Numbered from the stretch's first letter, positions 51,891 to 61,254 are shown. The stretch: DNA of 64,000 bases from Candidatus Xenobia bacterium (GCA_045863235.1 BTUM01000018.1:50922-114921), one strand, 5' to 3'. Notes: generated by a model from the sequence alone, not told the origin. Program-made: numbers and translations.

Positions 51891-53752
51891 GCTCTCGCTT
51901 GCTGGCCCTGACGGCTCTGTTGGGGCTGCTCTGTTGCGCCGCCCCCCGACCTGAGGCGGACCCGATCTACCTGCTGCGCAGCCAGGCCACCCTGGCCCAG
52001 GCCGGCTGGAGGGGAGAGTGGGAGCTGGAATGCGCCCGTCGCACTCTGGCCAGCCTGGGTGCCGAGCCCGAGGTGATCGGCGAGGAGCGCCTTGCGGGCC
52101 TCGCGCCCGGGCTGCTGGTGCTCTCCAACGTGCGCAACATGAGTGAACGGGACGCCGAGGCGGTGCGCACCTTCTGTCGCAAGGGCGGGCGCGTTTTGGC
52201 CACCGCCCTGACTTCCTATCGCCAGGCTGACGGCTCCCCCTGGCAACCCAACAACTTCGCCCTGGCCGACGTGTTGGGGGCTGACTTCGTCCGCTGGGGC
52301 GCCCCCGACCGCATGGACAAGATCCTGCTGGGCAAGCGCAATGCCATGCTGGTTAAAGCCCGCGAGCACGCTCGCGTGCGGGCCCGCTTCGAGAGCGGCG
52401 ATCCGGCCATTCTGGAGACGGACTGGGGGACTTATGTGGCCGAAGATCTGCTCGCGCCCGAGGACACGGCTGCCCCCGAGGTGCGCAAACTCCTGGCCGA
52501 GCTGTTGACCCGACTTTCTCCGCGGCGCAGCTTCGCCCCCGGTCCCTACACCGAGCTCCCGCCCCCCCTGCCCTTTCGCGAGATGCTGCCCGAGGGCGAG
52601 CAGCTTGACGTGCTGGTGGAGGAGAAGGTGCCGGCCCTGAAAGTGGGCTCGCAGGAGGTGCGGGCCATCCTCACGGTGGGCAAGCCCCCGGCCCTGGCCC
52701 TCTACGACCGGGCGGGAAAACAGCTGCGCCGTAGCGGCGAGCCTCTCACCCTGCAAGACAAGCCCTATGTCTCGCTGCGCATCACGCGCAGCAACGGGAC
52801 CTATCGCTGGTCGGCCTTCCGGGGAGCCGTCATCCTGGTTCCCGGACCCCACGGCCTGAGCGTGATCAACCGCCTGACGCTGGAGGAGTACCTGGCCGGC
52901 GTGGTGCCCAACGAGGTGCCTCCTACCTTTCCGCCCGAGTGCCTGAAGGCCATGGCGGTGGTGGCGCGGAGCTATTCGCTGGCCCACCGGGGAGCTCACT
53001 CCGGGGCTGACGTCTGCGACGAGGTGCACTGCCAGGTCTACGGTGGTCTTGCCTCCGAGTCAGACAGCACCTCGGCGGCCGTGCTGGCCACCCACGCGGT
53101 GGTACTCGCCTACCAGGGCCGGCCTATCGACGCGACATTCCATGCCGTCTGCGGAGGGGTCGGGCAGGATGCCGACCGGGTCTGGTCGGGTCGCGGGGCT
53201 GCCTATCTGCGCGGTCGTCCCGACACGCTCGAGTCCGAGCCGGGTGCGCTGGCCAGCGAGGAAGCCGTGACCGCCTTCCTCGAGCATCCGCCCGAGGACG
53301 CCTGCTGTCGGCAGGCAGGCCGGTTTCGCTGGCGCGAGACTTACTCCCGCAACGAGCTGGAAGAGCGCCTGAACCTCTCTTTGCCTGTTCTGTGCAAAGA
53401 GGAGTGGCGCGGGCTCGGTCGCCTCCGGGCTTTGCGCGTCAGCGAGCGCGGCCCGTTGGGCCGGGTGGAGGCTCTCGAGATTGAAGGCCAGCAAGGTCGA
53501 TACACCGTGCGCGGAGATCGGGTGCGCTGGCTCACCAGCGGCGGCAAGATCGGGGCGGCCGGGCTCAACAGCACCCTCTTCGTCGTCAAGCTCACGGGGG
53601 ACGAGGTGGAGCTGGTAGGCGGGGGATGGGGACATGGAGTGGGCATGTGCCAGGAAGGGGCGGCCGGGAGGGCCCGGGCCGGGTTGCCGTATCAGGACAT
53701 TCTCAAGCACTACTATCCCGAGACCGAGCTTACAGGACCCCCGCTACCCTGA
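51887..53752 (+). CDS. SpoIID/LytB domain protein with N-terminal GATase-like domain
   Basis: LEEYLAGVVPNE, KAMAVVARSY, CQVYGG, GHGVGMCQ, ILKHYYP. Confidence 0.9.
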   Translation: MSSRLLALTALLGLLCCAAPRPEADPIYLLRSQATLAQAGWRGEWELECARRTLASLGAEPEVIGEERLAGLAPGLLVLSNVRNMSERDAEAVRTFCRKGGRVLATALTSYRQADGSPWQPNNFALADVLGADFVRWGAPDRMDKILLGKRNAMLVKAREHARVRARFESGDPAILETDWGTYVAEDLLAPEDTAAPEVRKLLAELLTRLSPRRSFAPGPYTELPPPLPFREMLPEGEQLDVLVEEKVPALKVGSQEVRAILTVGKPPALALYDRAGKQLRRSGEPLTLQDKPYVSLRITRSNGTYRWSAFRGAVILVPGPHGLSVINRLTLEEYLAGVVPNEVPPTFPPECLKAMAVVARSYSLAHRGAHSGADVCDEVHCQVYGGLASESDSTSAAVLATHAVVLAYQGRPIDATFHAVCGGVGQDADRVWSGRGAAYLRGRPDTLESEPGALASEEAVTAFLEHPPEDACCRQAGRFRWRETYSRNELEERLNLSLPVLCKEEWRGLGRLRALRVSERGPLGRVEALEIEGQQGRYTVRGDRVRWLTSGGKIGAAGLNSTLFVVKLTGDEVELVGGGWGHGVGMCQEGAAGRARAGLPYQDILKHYYPETELTGPPLP

Positions 53753-53793
53753 GCGAAGGGGCCCTCCTTCACGTTTGCAGGGGAGGTTGTCGA

Positions 53794-54246
53794 ATGCTGT
53801 CACGAGCGTTTCTGTACCTTTGTCTGGGGTTGATGCTGCTGCGGCCGATGCCGGCTCAGGCCCAGGAGAAGTCCCTCTATGAGCGGCTGGGCGGGCTCTA
53901 CGCCATCTCCGCCCTGGTGGACGACTTCATCGACCGCCTGCTCTCCAACGAGTTGATCATCCAGAACGAGCACGTGAAGGGTGCTCTCCAGCCCAAGCCG
54001 TTCAACAAGGTCCCCGGCCTCAAGGTGCACATCGTCAACCTGGTCTGCCAGCTGACGGGCGGCACCGAGCACTACTCGGGCCGCGACATGGCCAGCTCCC
54101 ACACGGGCCTTCAGATCTGCCCCAACGAGTGGGACGCCATGGTGGGCGACTTCAAGGCGGCCATGGAGGCCATGAAGATCCCTGCGAAAGAACAGGCCGA
54201 GCTGCTCGAGCTGGTGGGGTCCACCAAGAAGGACATCGTTCGCTAA
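53794..54246 (+). CDS. Group 1 truncated hemoglobin with signal peptide
   Basis: SLYERLGG, GGTEHYSGRDM..SH (proximal His); signal ending AQA. Confidence 0.88.
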   Translation: MLSRAFLYLCLGLMLLRPMPAQAQEKSLYERLGGLYAISALVDDFIDRLLSNELIIQNEHVKGALQPKPFNKVPGLKVHIVNLVCQLTGGTEHYSGRDMASSHTGLQICPNEWDAMVGDFKAAMEAMKIPAKEQAELLELVGSTKKDIVR

Positions 54247-54319
54247 GGCGCCGCGCGAATGAGCGCGGCAATGTGCAAGACCAGAGTGCGTCGCACGACG
54301 GAGGTGGAATCACCCCGGT

Positions 54320-54841
54320 TTGGATGCTACGATCAGGTTGGTGGCCCGGTTCCGGCATAGGCAGGGTATCACGGTGGCCGAGCTGGTGATGGCCATCGTG
54401 CTGCTGGGCATGATCGTCACCGTCACGGTCCTGATCTTTACCCGGATGCTGGCCTCGACCAGCAAGACGACCAATCAGACCGTGGGCCTGGTCTTTGCTC
54501 AGCGCCGCCTCGAGCAGGCCACTCAGATCGGCCCGCCCGAGACGCCCGGGGGGCCGGGATGGGGAATCTCCGACCCCAGCGAGGTGCTGGCCGAAGGGGT
54601 TTATACGCCCGATGACAGGCTCCAGACCACATTCTGGAATCGTCTGACGGTGCAACCCCTGGACGAGCGCCCGGTCATGCCCGATGGGGGCCGGAAGATG
54701 GGCGACCTTTATCGTCTGAGGGTGGAGGTCTACTGGTGGGCCAGCGACCCCAACAACCCGCAGCCGATCGTGCGCCAGGGCATGGGGGTTCAGAAAGTGG
54801 AGCTTGAGACGATCTACTACTACCAGAGGATGAAGGATTGA
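54320..54841 (+). CDS. Type IV minor pilin (PilV-like)
   Basis: QG|ITVAELV prepilin motif; LRVEVYW. Confidence 0.8.
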   Translation: MDATIRLVARFRHRQGITVAELVMAIVLLGMIVTVTVLIFTRMLASTSKTTNQTVGLVFAQRRLEQATQIGPPETPGGPGWGISDPSEVLAEGVYTPDDRLQTTFWNRLTVQPLDERPVMPDGGRKMGDLYRLRVEVYWWASDPNNPQPIVRQGMGVQKVELETIYYYQRMKD

Positions 54842-55521
54842 ACCGGCGCGGGCTCACCCTTCCCGAGGTGGTGGTCTGCTTCGGCATCTTCAGCCTGCTC
54901 TCGCTGGTTGCCCTGGGGACGCTGGTCTATGGAGCGACCGGCTTTCACCAGGTGGTCTACCAGCAGGGCTCTCAAAATGACGTACGGCGCATCATGGCCG
55001 CAGTGCACCGCGATCTCGCCTCCACACACCACCGCTCCGTCACGGTGGAGAAGCGCCAGAGCGCGGCCGGCTACGCGCGTGACGCGATGGCTCTCTGCTC
55101 GCTTGATAGCTGGAACGATCCCACCAACTTCGACAACTACCTTCGACCTCGCTGGAATTGCTACGTCGTTTACTACGCCAGCCGTGAGCAGAACGGCGTC
55201 AACGAGGCCGGCAAGCTGGTGCGGCAGGTTTGTTATCCGCGCGGTCCCGTCGGAGCTTTCGAATATGCCACCTTCATCAGCTCCCCCGAGAGCCTGATTC
55301 GCGATGGGGAGCCGTTGCAGAGTGAGGAGGTGCGCTCACAGATCCTCAGCGACCGCCTCTGGAAATTCGAGTTGTCTGACAACCCTCTCACCCAGTCGGT
55401 CTCCATCCGTCTCTCCTTGCGCAATCCGCCTCAAAAACGCGCCACGGGAGTCGAGCGCGACCTGCACAGCATTGAGGTGCTGCAAGAGATCAAACCGGCC
55501 AACACGTGGCCCCAAATCTGA
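54838..55521 (+). CDS. Type IV minor pilin (PilW/GspJ-like)
   Basis: RG|LTLPEVV prepilin motif. Confidence 0.8.
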   Translation: MNRRGLTLPEVVVCFGIFSLLSLVALGTLVYGATGFHQVVYQQGSQNDVRRIMAAVHRDLASTHHRSVTVEKRQSAAGYARDAMALCSLDSWNDPTNFDNYLRPRWNCYVVYYASREQNGVNEAGKLVRQVCYPRGPVGAFEYATFISSPESLIRDGEPLQSEEVRSQILSDRLWKFELSDNPLTQSVSIRLSLRNPPQKRATGVERDLHSIEVLQEIKPANTWPQI

Positions 55522-55537
55522 AGTGAGGTGAGCGGCA

Positions 55538-57424
55538 ATGCCTGATGCCAGAAGGCCACGTCGGGGGGTAGCCCTGTTCCTGGTGCTCACCATCCTGGGC
55601 GTCATCACCACCATGCTGGGCGCCTTCGTGGCTCTCAACTTGCAGAACTTCAGTCTGCTGGCCAGCTCGATGGAGCAGTCGGAGGCCCTGCAGGCCTGCA
55701 TGAGCGGCTACAACTATGCCCTGTATCGCATCGAGCACGATAAGAGCTGGGGCAAGGACGCCTTCAACGGCCTGGATGACGCCGCTCCCCCCACCGGAAC
55801 CCCGCTGGACGGGACGCTGAGCTGCGATCTGATCGAGCCCTCGCGCCTCTTCTTCAGCATCCAGGGCACGCGCATGAAGTTCGAGCTCACCGTGGTCAAC
55901 AATCTCCCCCTTTCTTCTCGCTCGGGGGGGAGCCGGGACCCGGATACCCGACCTGGCGGGATGCCGGCAGTGGCTGACGACGCCCTCTACCTTCGCATCG
56001 TGGGCCGGGCGGGACGGGCCACCAGGCGGGCTGACGTGGTGCTGCACACAGCTCCGGCCTTCGACTCGGCGGCCCTGAGCAACGGTGACCTGGAGATTCG
56101 CCAGGGGCGGGTGCGTATCGACAGCCACGATCCCATGCGCAACTTCATCAAGTCCAACGGGGACATCAACCTGCCTCGCATCAACAGGGCTGGCGACGTG
56201 CGTTTCCGGCACACGGGCGACACGGCGCCCACCAAGCGCCCGCCCTACGGCTACGCGCTGGCGCGCAATACCGTGCGCTCAGGTCCCACCGACCTGGGAA
56301 CCGACGATGAGGCCCTGGCCCAGGCCAGGCAAGACTCGCAGGGGTTCCTGGCTCCCAAGTCGCCGCGCAAGGCCGAGATTCTCAACCTGGACTTCTCCGA
56401 CATCAACCTGCCGCCCGGGGCCGAGTCCAACCTGCCGCCCGGGAACTACGTGTTCACCACCACCAAGGTCAACATTCCCGTTCAGGTGACCTACGCCGAC
56501 TCGGACGGGGTCCCGGTCTCCGAGCGCAAGAACCTGCGCATCACGGTGCCCGCCATCGTGCGGCGCAACGCCGAGACGGATGCGGTGGAGAAGGTCTGGT
56601 GGAGCGACACCGACATCTACATCCCCCCCAACACAGGCACCTGGCTCCCGGGCATCGGTGGCGCCGTGGTGACCCAGCTCGGCGGAGAGAGCCTGGCCGA
56701 GAACGTGCCCGCTTCGGAGGTCCTCTCGGGGGAGCCTCCCATGGCCATGCTGGCCCCCGGGGTGCAGGCCGATCTTTGGAACGCTACCGTGCAGGTGCAG
56801 CAGAACTATCGGGTCAACGTGGAGGGAGGCTTTGGTTTGCGCTACGAGCGCCGCAGTCAGCGCACCACGGTGCAGGAGGGCCCCGAAGGCATCGACGTGG
56901 GGGACTACGAGGTGCCCGAGGGCTCCAAGGACGCCCTGCTCATTCTCGGGGACGGTACCACCGGGTCCTCGCTCCGGGCGACGGGCAAGGTGGACCTGCG
57001 CCAGGTGACCGGCAAGGGGGCCATCCTGGCCAACGACGATCTGACCTTGAACGGCACTCTGGTGGCCGAGGGAACCGGGATGGAAACGGGTGGCCTGGCC
57101 CTGATGTCCGAGCGCGACGTGGTCTTGAACGTGCCCGAGGAGACCTATGAGGCGGACACGGTCACCGATACCCTGCGCAACACCGTTTTTCGTGGGCTGG
57201 TCTACGCCGAGAGAGACTTCGTGGTGCGGCCTCTGAGCAGCAATGCCGGCATTACCCGCAACCTGGACATCACCGGCTCGGTGGTGGCTCGACGCGGCAA
57301 GATCGTGGTGGAGGGCACCCGCGAGGTCAACCTGACCTACGATCCGCGCTATCTCGACGACGTGGTCAAGGACCTGAGCAATAATCGCGTCAAGCTCGAG
57401 CGCTATTCGTTCACGTTCAAGTAG
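55538..57424 (+). CDS. Large PilX-like minor pilin / tip protein
   Basis: RG|VALFLVL (no E5); C-terminal FRGLVYA..ITGSVVA..TYDPRYL. Confidence 0.75.
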   Translation: MPDARRPRRGVALFLVLTILGVITTMLGAFVALNLQNFSLLASSMEQSEALQACMSGYNYALYRIEHDKSWGKDAFNGLDDAAPPTGTPLDGTLSCDLIEPSRLFFSIQGTRMKFELTVVNNLPLSSRSGGSRDPDTRPGGMPAVADDALYLRIVGRAGRATRRADVVLHTAPAFDSAALSNGDLEIRQGRVRIDSHDPMRNFIKSNGDINLPRINRAGDVRFRHTGDTAPTKRPPYGYALARNTVRSGPTDLGTDDEALAQARQDSQGFLAPKSPRKAEILNLDFSDINLPPGAESNLPPGNYVFTTTKVNIPVQVTYADSDGVPVSERKNLRITVPAIVRRNAETDAVEKVWWSDTDIYIPPNTGTWLPGIGGAVVTQLGGESLAENVPASEVLSGEPPMAMLAPGVQADLWNATVQVQQNYRVNVEGGFGLRYERRSQRTTVQEGPEGIDVGDYEVPEGSKDALLILGDGTTGSSLRATGKVDLRQVTGKGAILANDDLTLNGTLVAEGTGMETGGLALMSERDVVLNVPEETYEADTVTDTLRNTVFRGLVYAERDFVVRPLSSNAGITRNLDITGSVVARRGKIVVEGTREVNLTYDPRYLDDVVKDLSNNRVKLERYSFTFK

Positions 57425-57426
57425 GC

Positions 57427-57639
57427 TCACTCCTCAGGGGAGAGCTTGAACCCCTTGCGCCCCAGAAACAGCATCACCACGGAGAACACGATCAGCACCG
57501 CGCCCCAGATCAGGTTGATGTTGACGTCCAACGACTTGACGTAGGTCTCGGGCGGTGTCATCAGGCCGTAAACGGCCAGCAGCAGGCCCTTGACCAGGAA
57601 CATCAGGCCGATGGGTACGCGAATGTCCAGTCCACCCAT
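57427..57639 (-). CDS. Small two-TM membrane protein (symporter accessory)
   Basis: LDIRVPIGLMF..NINLIWG; AGGAGG SD; downstream of the SSS gene. Confidence 0.8.
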   Translation of the reverse strand: MGGLDIRVPIGLMFLVKGLLLAVYGLMTPPETYVKSLDVNINLIWGAVLIVFSVVMLFLGRKGFKLSPEE

Positions 57640-57651
57640 AACGCAAGCCTC

Positions 57652-57762
57652 CTAGCACAGTGATGCAAGAGTCCTCGAAGAGGGCTTTTGCATCATCCTG
57701 CGCTCAACAGATTGTCTGGCAGGCTGATGCCCTACACAACTGGTTTTGCATCAGCATGCTAG
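57652..57762. mobile_element. MITE-like insertion (103 bp) with CTAG target-site duplication
   Basis: CTAG at 57652-57655 and 57759-57762; imperfect terminal inverted repeats CAnnnTGATGCAA. Confidence 0.65.
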
Positions 57763-59543
57763 TAGAACACCAGATTGAGCAAGATCACGCCGATGCCCAC
57801 CAGCACGGCCAGGAAGGCCGGTTTCTGGTAGAAGGCCAGGTGGCCTTCGGCGGGGCGCTCGGTGAGCGAGTAGACCAGCCCCTTGAGCTCCTCGTCGGGG
57901 CGTGGCTTCGTGATCAGGCTGACCAGGATGGTGACCACGAAGCAGGTGGTCCAGGCCGCGATGGCGGTGTAAAAGGTCTGGGCCATCGGGTTGGGATAGG
58001 TGTGCAGCACGCCCAGCAGGCCGCCCTTGATACCCGGCACGGCCCCGGCCGGCAGGGTCAGGCAGTGGTGGAAGAAAGCCGCCAGCGTGCCTGCTACCAG
58101 GCCGGCGAAGGCACCGTGGCCGGTGGCCCGCTTCCAGATCATGCCCAGCAGGAAGGTCGCGAAGAGGGGTGCGTTCACGAAGGCGAAGACCAGCTGCAGC
58201 ACCTCCATGATGTTGTTGAACTGCAGCGCCAGGTAGGCGGCTACCATGCTCAGCCCGATGCCCCACACGGTGGCCATGCGACCCACCCAGAGGTAGTGCT
58301 CGTCGGAGGCCTCCTTCTTGAGGTAGGCCTGGTAGATGTCGTAGGTCCAGACGGTGTTGAAGGCGGTCACGTTCCCGGCCATGCCCGACATGAACGAGGC
58401 CAGCAGGGCGGTCAGGCCCAAACCCAGCATGCCCGCCGGGAAGAAATACAACAGCAGGGTCGGGATCACCATGTCGTAGTCAGGCTCGAGCTGACCGGTC
58501 GAGGGATTGAGCTTGTTGGGGATGATGCCCACCTGAGGAGCGCCGCCCGCTTGCGAGATGGCCGCTGTCTGGTCGGTAGCCCCGGTGGCAACCGGAGTGA
58601 TGGCCACCGCGATCAGCCCGGGCATGATGACCAGGAAGGGGAAGAGCATCTTGGGCACGGCCGCGATCAGCGGGGTCTTGCGGGCCGAGGTCATGGAGTC
58701 GGCGGCCATGGCTCGCTGCACCACCAGAAAGTCGGTGCACCAGTAGCCAAAGGAGAGCACGAACCCGAGTCCCATGACCATTCCGAACCACTCGACCCCT
58801 AACGAGTTGGTATCGGCGCTGGACATGCCTTTCCAGGTGTGGACCATCTCCTGGTTTCCCATGGCGAGCATGCGCTCTTTCAGGCCTTCCCAGCCGCCCA
58901 GGCTCTGCAGGCCCAACCAGACCAGCGGAAAGAAGCCCGCCACGATCAGGAAGAACTGCAGCACTTCGTTGTAGATGGCGCTGGTGAGGCCGCCCAGGAA
59001 GATGTAGCCCAGCACGATCACGGCCGAGAGCAGGATGCTGACCAGGAAGATGTGACTCTTGTCGATGCCCAGCGCTTCGAAGGGCTGGTCGAAGAGCTTG
59101 AGGGCCTCGATCAGCTTGGCCATGGCATACATCGAGACGCCCGACGAGCAGACCGTCATCAGCGCGAAGGTGATGGCGTTGAGGGCCCGCGTCTTCTCGT
59201 CGAAGCGCAGGCGCAGGTACTCGGGCACCGAGCGGGCCCGCGAGCCGTAGTAGAACGGCATCATGAAGAGGCCGACGAAGATCATGGCCGGGATGGCGCC
59301 TACCCAGTAGAAGTGACTGGTGGCGATGCCATACTTGGCGCCCGAGGCCGCCATTCCGATAACTTCCTGGGCCCCCAGGTTGGCCGAGATGAAGGCCAGT
59401 CCGGCCACCCAGGCCGGAATGGACTTACCTGCCTCGAAAAAATCCTTGCTGGTCTTTGTGAAGCGCTTGAGGATAAACCCGATCCCAAGCACGAAAATGA
59501 AGTACACCAGCATGATGAGCCAGTCGATCGGATGCAGGTTCAT
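57759..59543 (-). CDS. Sodium:solute symporter (sugar type)
   Basis: SANLGAQE, SVPEYLRLRFD, GYWCTDFLVVQRAMAA, 13-14 TM segments. Confidence 0.93.
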   Translation of the reverse strand: MNLHPIDWLIMLVYFIFVLGIGFILKRFTKTSKDFFEAGKSIPAWVAGLAFISANLGAQEVIGMAASGAKYGIATSHFYWVGAIPAMIFVGLFMMPFYYGSRARSVPEYLRLRFDEKTRALNAITFALMTVCSSGVSMYAMAKLIEALKLFDQPFEALGIDKSHIFLVSILLSAVIVLGYIFLGGLTSAIYNEVLQFFLIVAGFFPLVWLGLQSLGGWEGLKERMLAMGNQEMVHTWKGMSSADTNSLGVEWFGMVMGLGFVLSFGYWCTDFLVVQRAMAADSMTSARKTPLIAAVPKMLFPFLVIMPGLIAVAITPVATGATDQTAAISQAGGAPQVGIIPNKLNPSTGQLEPDYDMVIPTLLLYFFPAGMLGLGLTALLASFMSGMAGNVTAFNTVWTYDIYQAYLKKEASDEHYLWVGRMATVWGIGLSMVAAYLALQFNNIMEVLQLVFAFVNAPLFATFLLGMIWKRATGHGAFAGLVAGTLAAFFHHCLTLPAGAVPGIKGGLLGVLHTYPNPMAQTFYTAIAAWTTCFVVTILVSLITKPRPDEELKGLVYSLTERPAEGHLAFYQKPAFLAVLVGIGVILLNLVFY

Positions 59544-59625
59544 GGTGGTGGCCTTTCGCAGAGAATGCCAGGCAAGACGCCCCAGGAAACGTTAGGCTGT
59601 GGAGCTGAAATTGGCCTGAAAGGAA

Positions 59626-60159
59626 CTACTGTGGAGCGTAGTAGACCTCCACGAGGATGTCCGCCTGGCCTCGGTCAGGGCCGCATTCGAGGTCGAGGCG
59701 ATCGAGCCGGACCGGTCGACTCTGGCGAAGCAGGCCATCGAGCAGCCGGAACAGCTCGTCCTTGGGCCCCGTGGCCTTCATCTCGACTGCCAGATAGGGG
59801 TTCAGCTCATAGTTGACCCGCTCGGGGACTTGCTGGTCCTTGAAGGCGACCTTCAGGCCAGGCCGATTGGTCAGCCCACGCCACTCTTTCTGGAGCTGCT
59901 TTTGCATGGCTGCGGGGGTGGGCGGATCGCTCTTGAGCTTTTTCTCCTTCCGGGAGGCCTGCACTTTGGCCTCGAGCTCGGAGGCCCGCCTGGTGAGCGC
60001 CGGCAACTCGGCCAGCTCGGCCTGCCATTGCTTGGGACGCTCCCTGATCGAGATGGCGTTGTGCTTGAGTTGCTCGACCTCCTGGAGCTTGTCGGCCCAG
60101 CTGAGAAAGTAGCCGGCCCCCAGCAACAGGCAAGAGAGCACCACGGCGGCCAGGCTCAC
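59626..60159 (-). CDS. PilO-like protein
   Basis: N-terminal TM, coiled coil, ferredoxin-like C-terminus (VEMKATG..LFRLLDGL..RPVRLDRLDL). Confidence 0.6.
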   Translation of the reverse strand: MSLAAVVLSCLLLGAGYFLSWADKLQEVEQLKHNAISIRERPKQWQAELAELPALTRRASELEAKVQASRKEKKLKSDPPTPAAMQKQLQKEWRGLTNRPGLKVAFKDQQVPERVNYELNPYLAVEMKATGPKDELFRLLDGLLRQSRPVRLDRLDLECGPDRGQADILVEVYYAPQ

Positions 60160-60581
60160 TGGTTGAAGACCCCCTCGAGTCGCCCCTCTGTTTCCGCCAG
60201 CCCGGTCACCCCGGGCACCTTCTCCAGGCGAGCTCTGGCTTTGGCCAGCTCCCTGGACTGTACCACCAGGCTACCGTTCTGGAAGGTGAACCGGGTGAGG
60301 TCGGGGCCCAGGGAGTCGATGGCAGCGAGCAGGAGGGACTGGCCGGCGGCCAGGGCGGGCGTGTCTCTGAGGACCGCCAGGGCCTGCTCGCTGCGTGCGA
60401 TCCGAGCTCGCTGCTCCTCCAGTGTCTTGATCTCGGGGTGCTGCTGCTGCCATGTGCGCAGCTCTCGCTCGGCAGCCTCGAGATCGGCCCGACCGGCCTC
60501 GATTTTGAGCCGCAGCAAGTGCTCGCCGGCCGCGCCGGCCAGCAGGGCAAGAAGCAGGATGGCCACGGGAACAAGTCTCAC
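60156..60581 (-). CDS. PilN-like protein (short)
   Basis: TM plus coiled coil plus short alpha/beta domain; GTGA overlap with the PilO-like gene. Confidence 0.5.
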   Translation of the reverse strand: MRLVPVAILLLALLAGAAGEHLLRLKIEAGRADLEAAERELRTWQQQHPEIKTLEEQRARIARSEQALAVLRDTPALAAGQSLLLAAIDSLGPDLTRFTFQNGSLVVQSRELAKARARLEKVPGVTGLAETEGRLEGVFNQ

Positions 60582-60639
60582 CTCGCGGGCGCTTCTGAGT
60601 TCGGCAGGGCCTTCCCTGCAGTGGCTGGAACTATCCGGA

Positions 60640-60903
60640 ATGGACGCCCAGGAGATCATGTCCTTCCCGTGTGAGTTCCCTGTCAAGGCGATGGGCAACT
60701 CGGCCCCCGACTTCGCCGAGCACGTGGCCGCCATCGTGCGCCGGCACGCTCCGGGGTTCAACGAGGCGGCGGTTTCGAGCCGCAGCTCGAGCGGGGGCAA
60801 GTTTACCGCCGTCACGGTGATGATTTTGGCGACCAGCCGGGCCCAGCTCGAGGCCATTTACCAGGACTTTCACCAGGACGAGCGCGTTCTCTACGTCATT
60901 TGA
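60640..60903 (+). CDS. YbeD / DUF493 family protein
   Basis: FPCEFPVKAMG, RSSSGGKFTAVT, QLEAIYQ motifs. Confidence 0.9.
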   Translation: MDAQEIMSFPCEFPVKAMGNSAPDFAEHVAAIVRRHAPGFNEAAVSSRSSSGGKFTAVTVMILATSRAQLEAIYQDFHQDERVLYVI

Positions 60904-60915
60904 TCCAAGGAGGCC

Positions 60916-61254
60916 TTGACCGTGTCGCATATGACCGTGGTGGTGACCCAGCTCATCGAGCCGCGCTTCATCGAGAAAGCGGCTGCCGACCTCAACCACA
61001 GAGTGGAGATCCAGGCTCGTCAGGGTTTCAGCATCGAGCGCGTGGCGTTCAACTGGAACGGCAAGAGCTATGAGGCCAGCGCAGATACCGACCATGTGAA
61101 GGCCGAGAACGTGCACTCGCTGGCCAGGAAGCTCAGCCAGCGCTATGCCTACCACGCCACGAAAGAGACCCTGGCCGAGAAGGGCTTTGACCTGGTGACC
61201 GAGGAGACCGAGAGAAACGGCGCCATTCGACTCACGCTGAGGCGGATCGCGTAA
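60916..61254 (+). CDS. DUF1257 (Ycf35-like) protein
   Basis: SHMTVV.T, FNWNGKSYE, LSQRYAYH, G.IRLTLRR; AAGGAGG SD. Confidence 0.8.
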   Translation: MTVSHMTVVVTQLIEPRFIEKAAADLNHRVEIQARQGFSIERVAFNWNGKSYEASADTDHVKAENVHSLARKLSQRYAYHATKETLAEKGFDLVTEETERNGAIRLTLRRIA

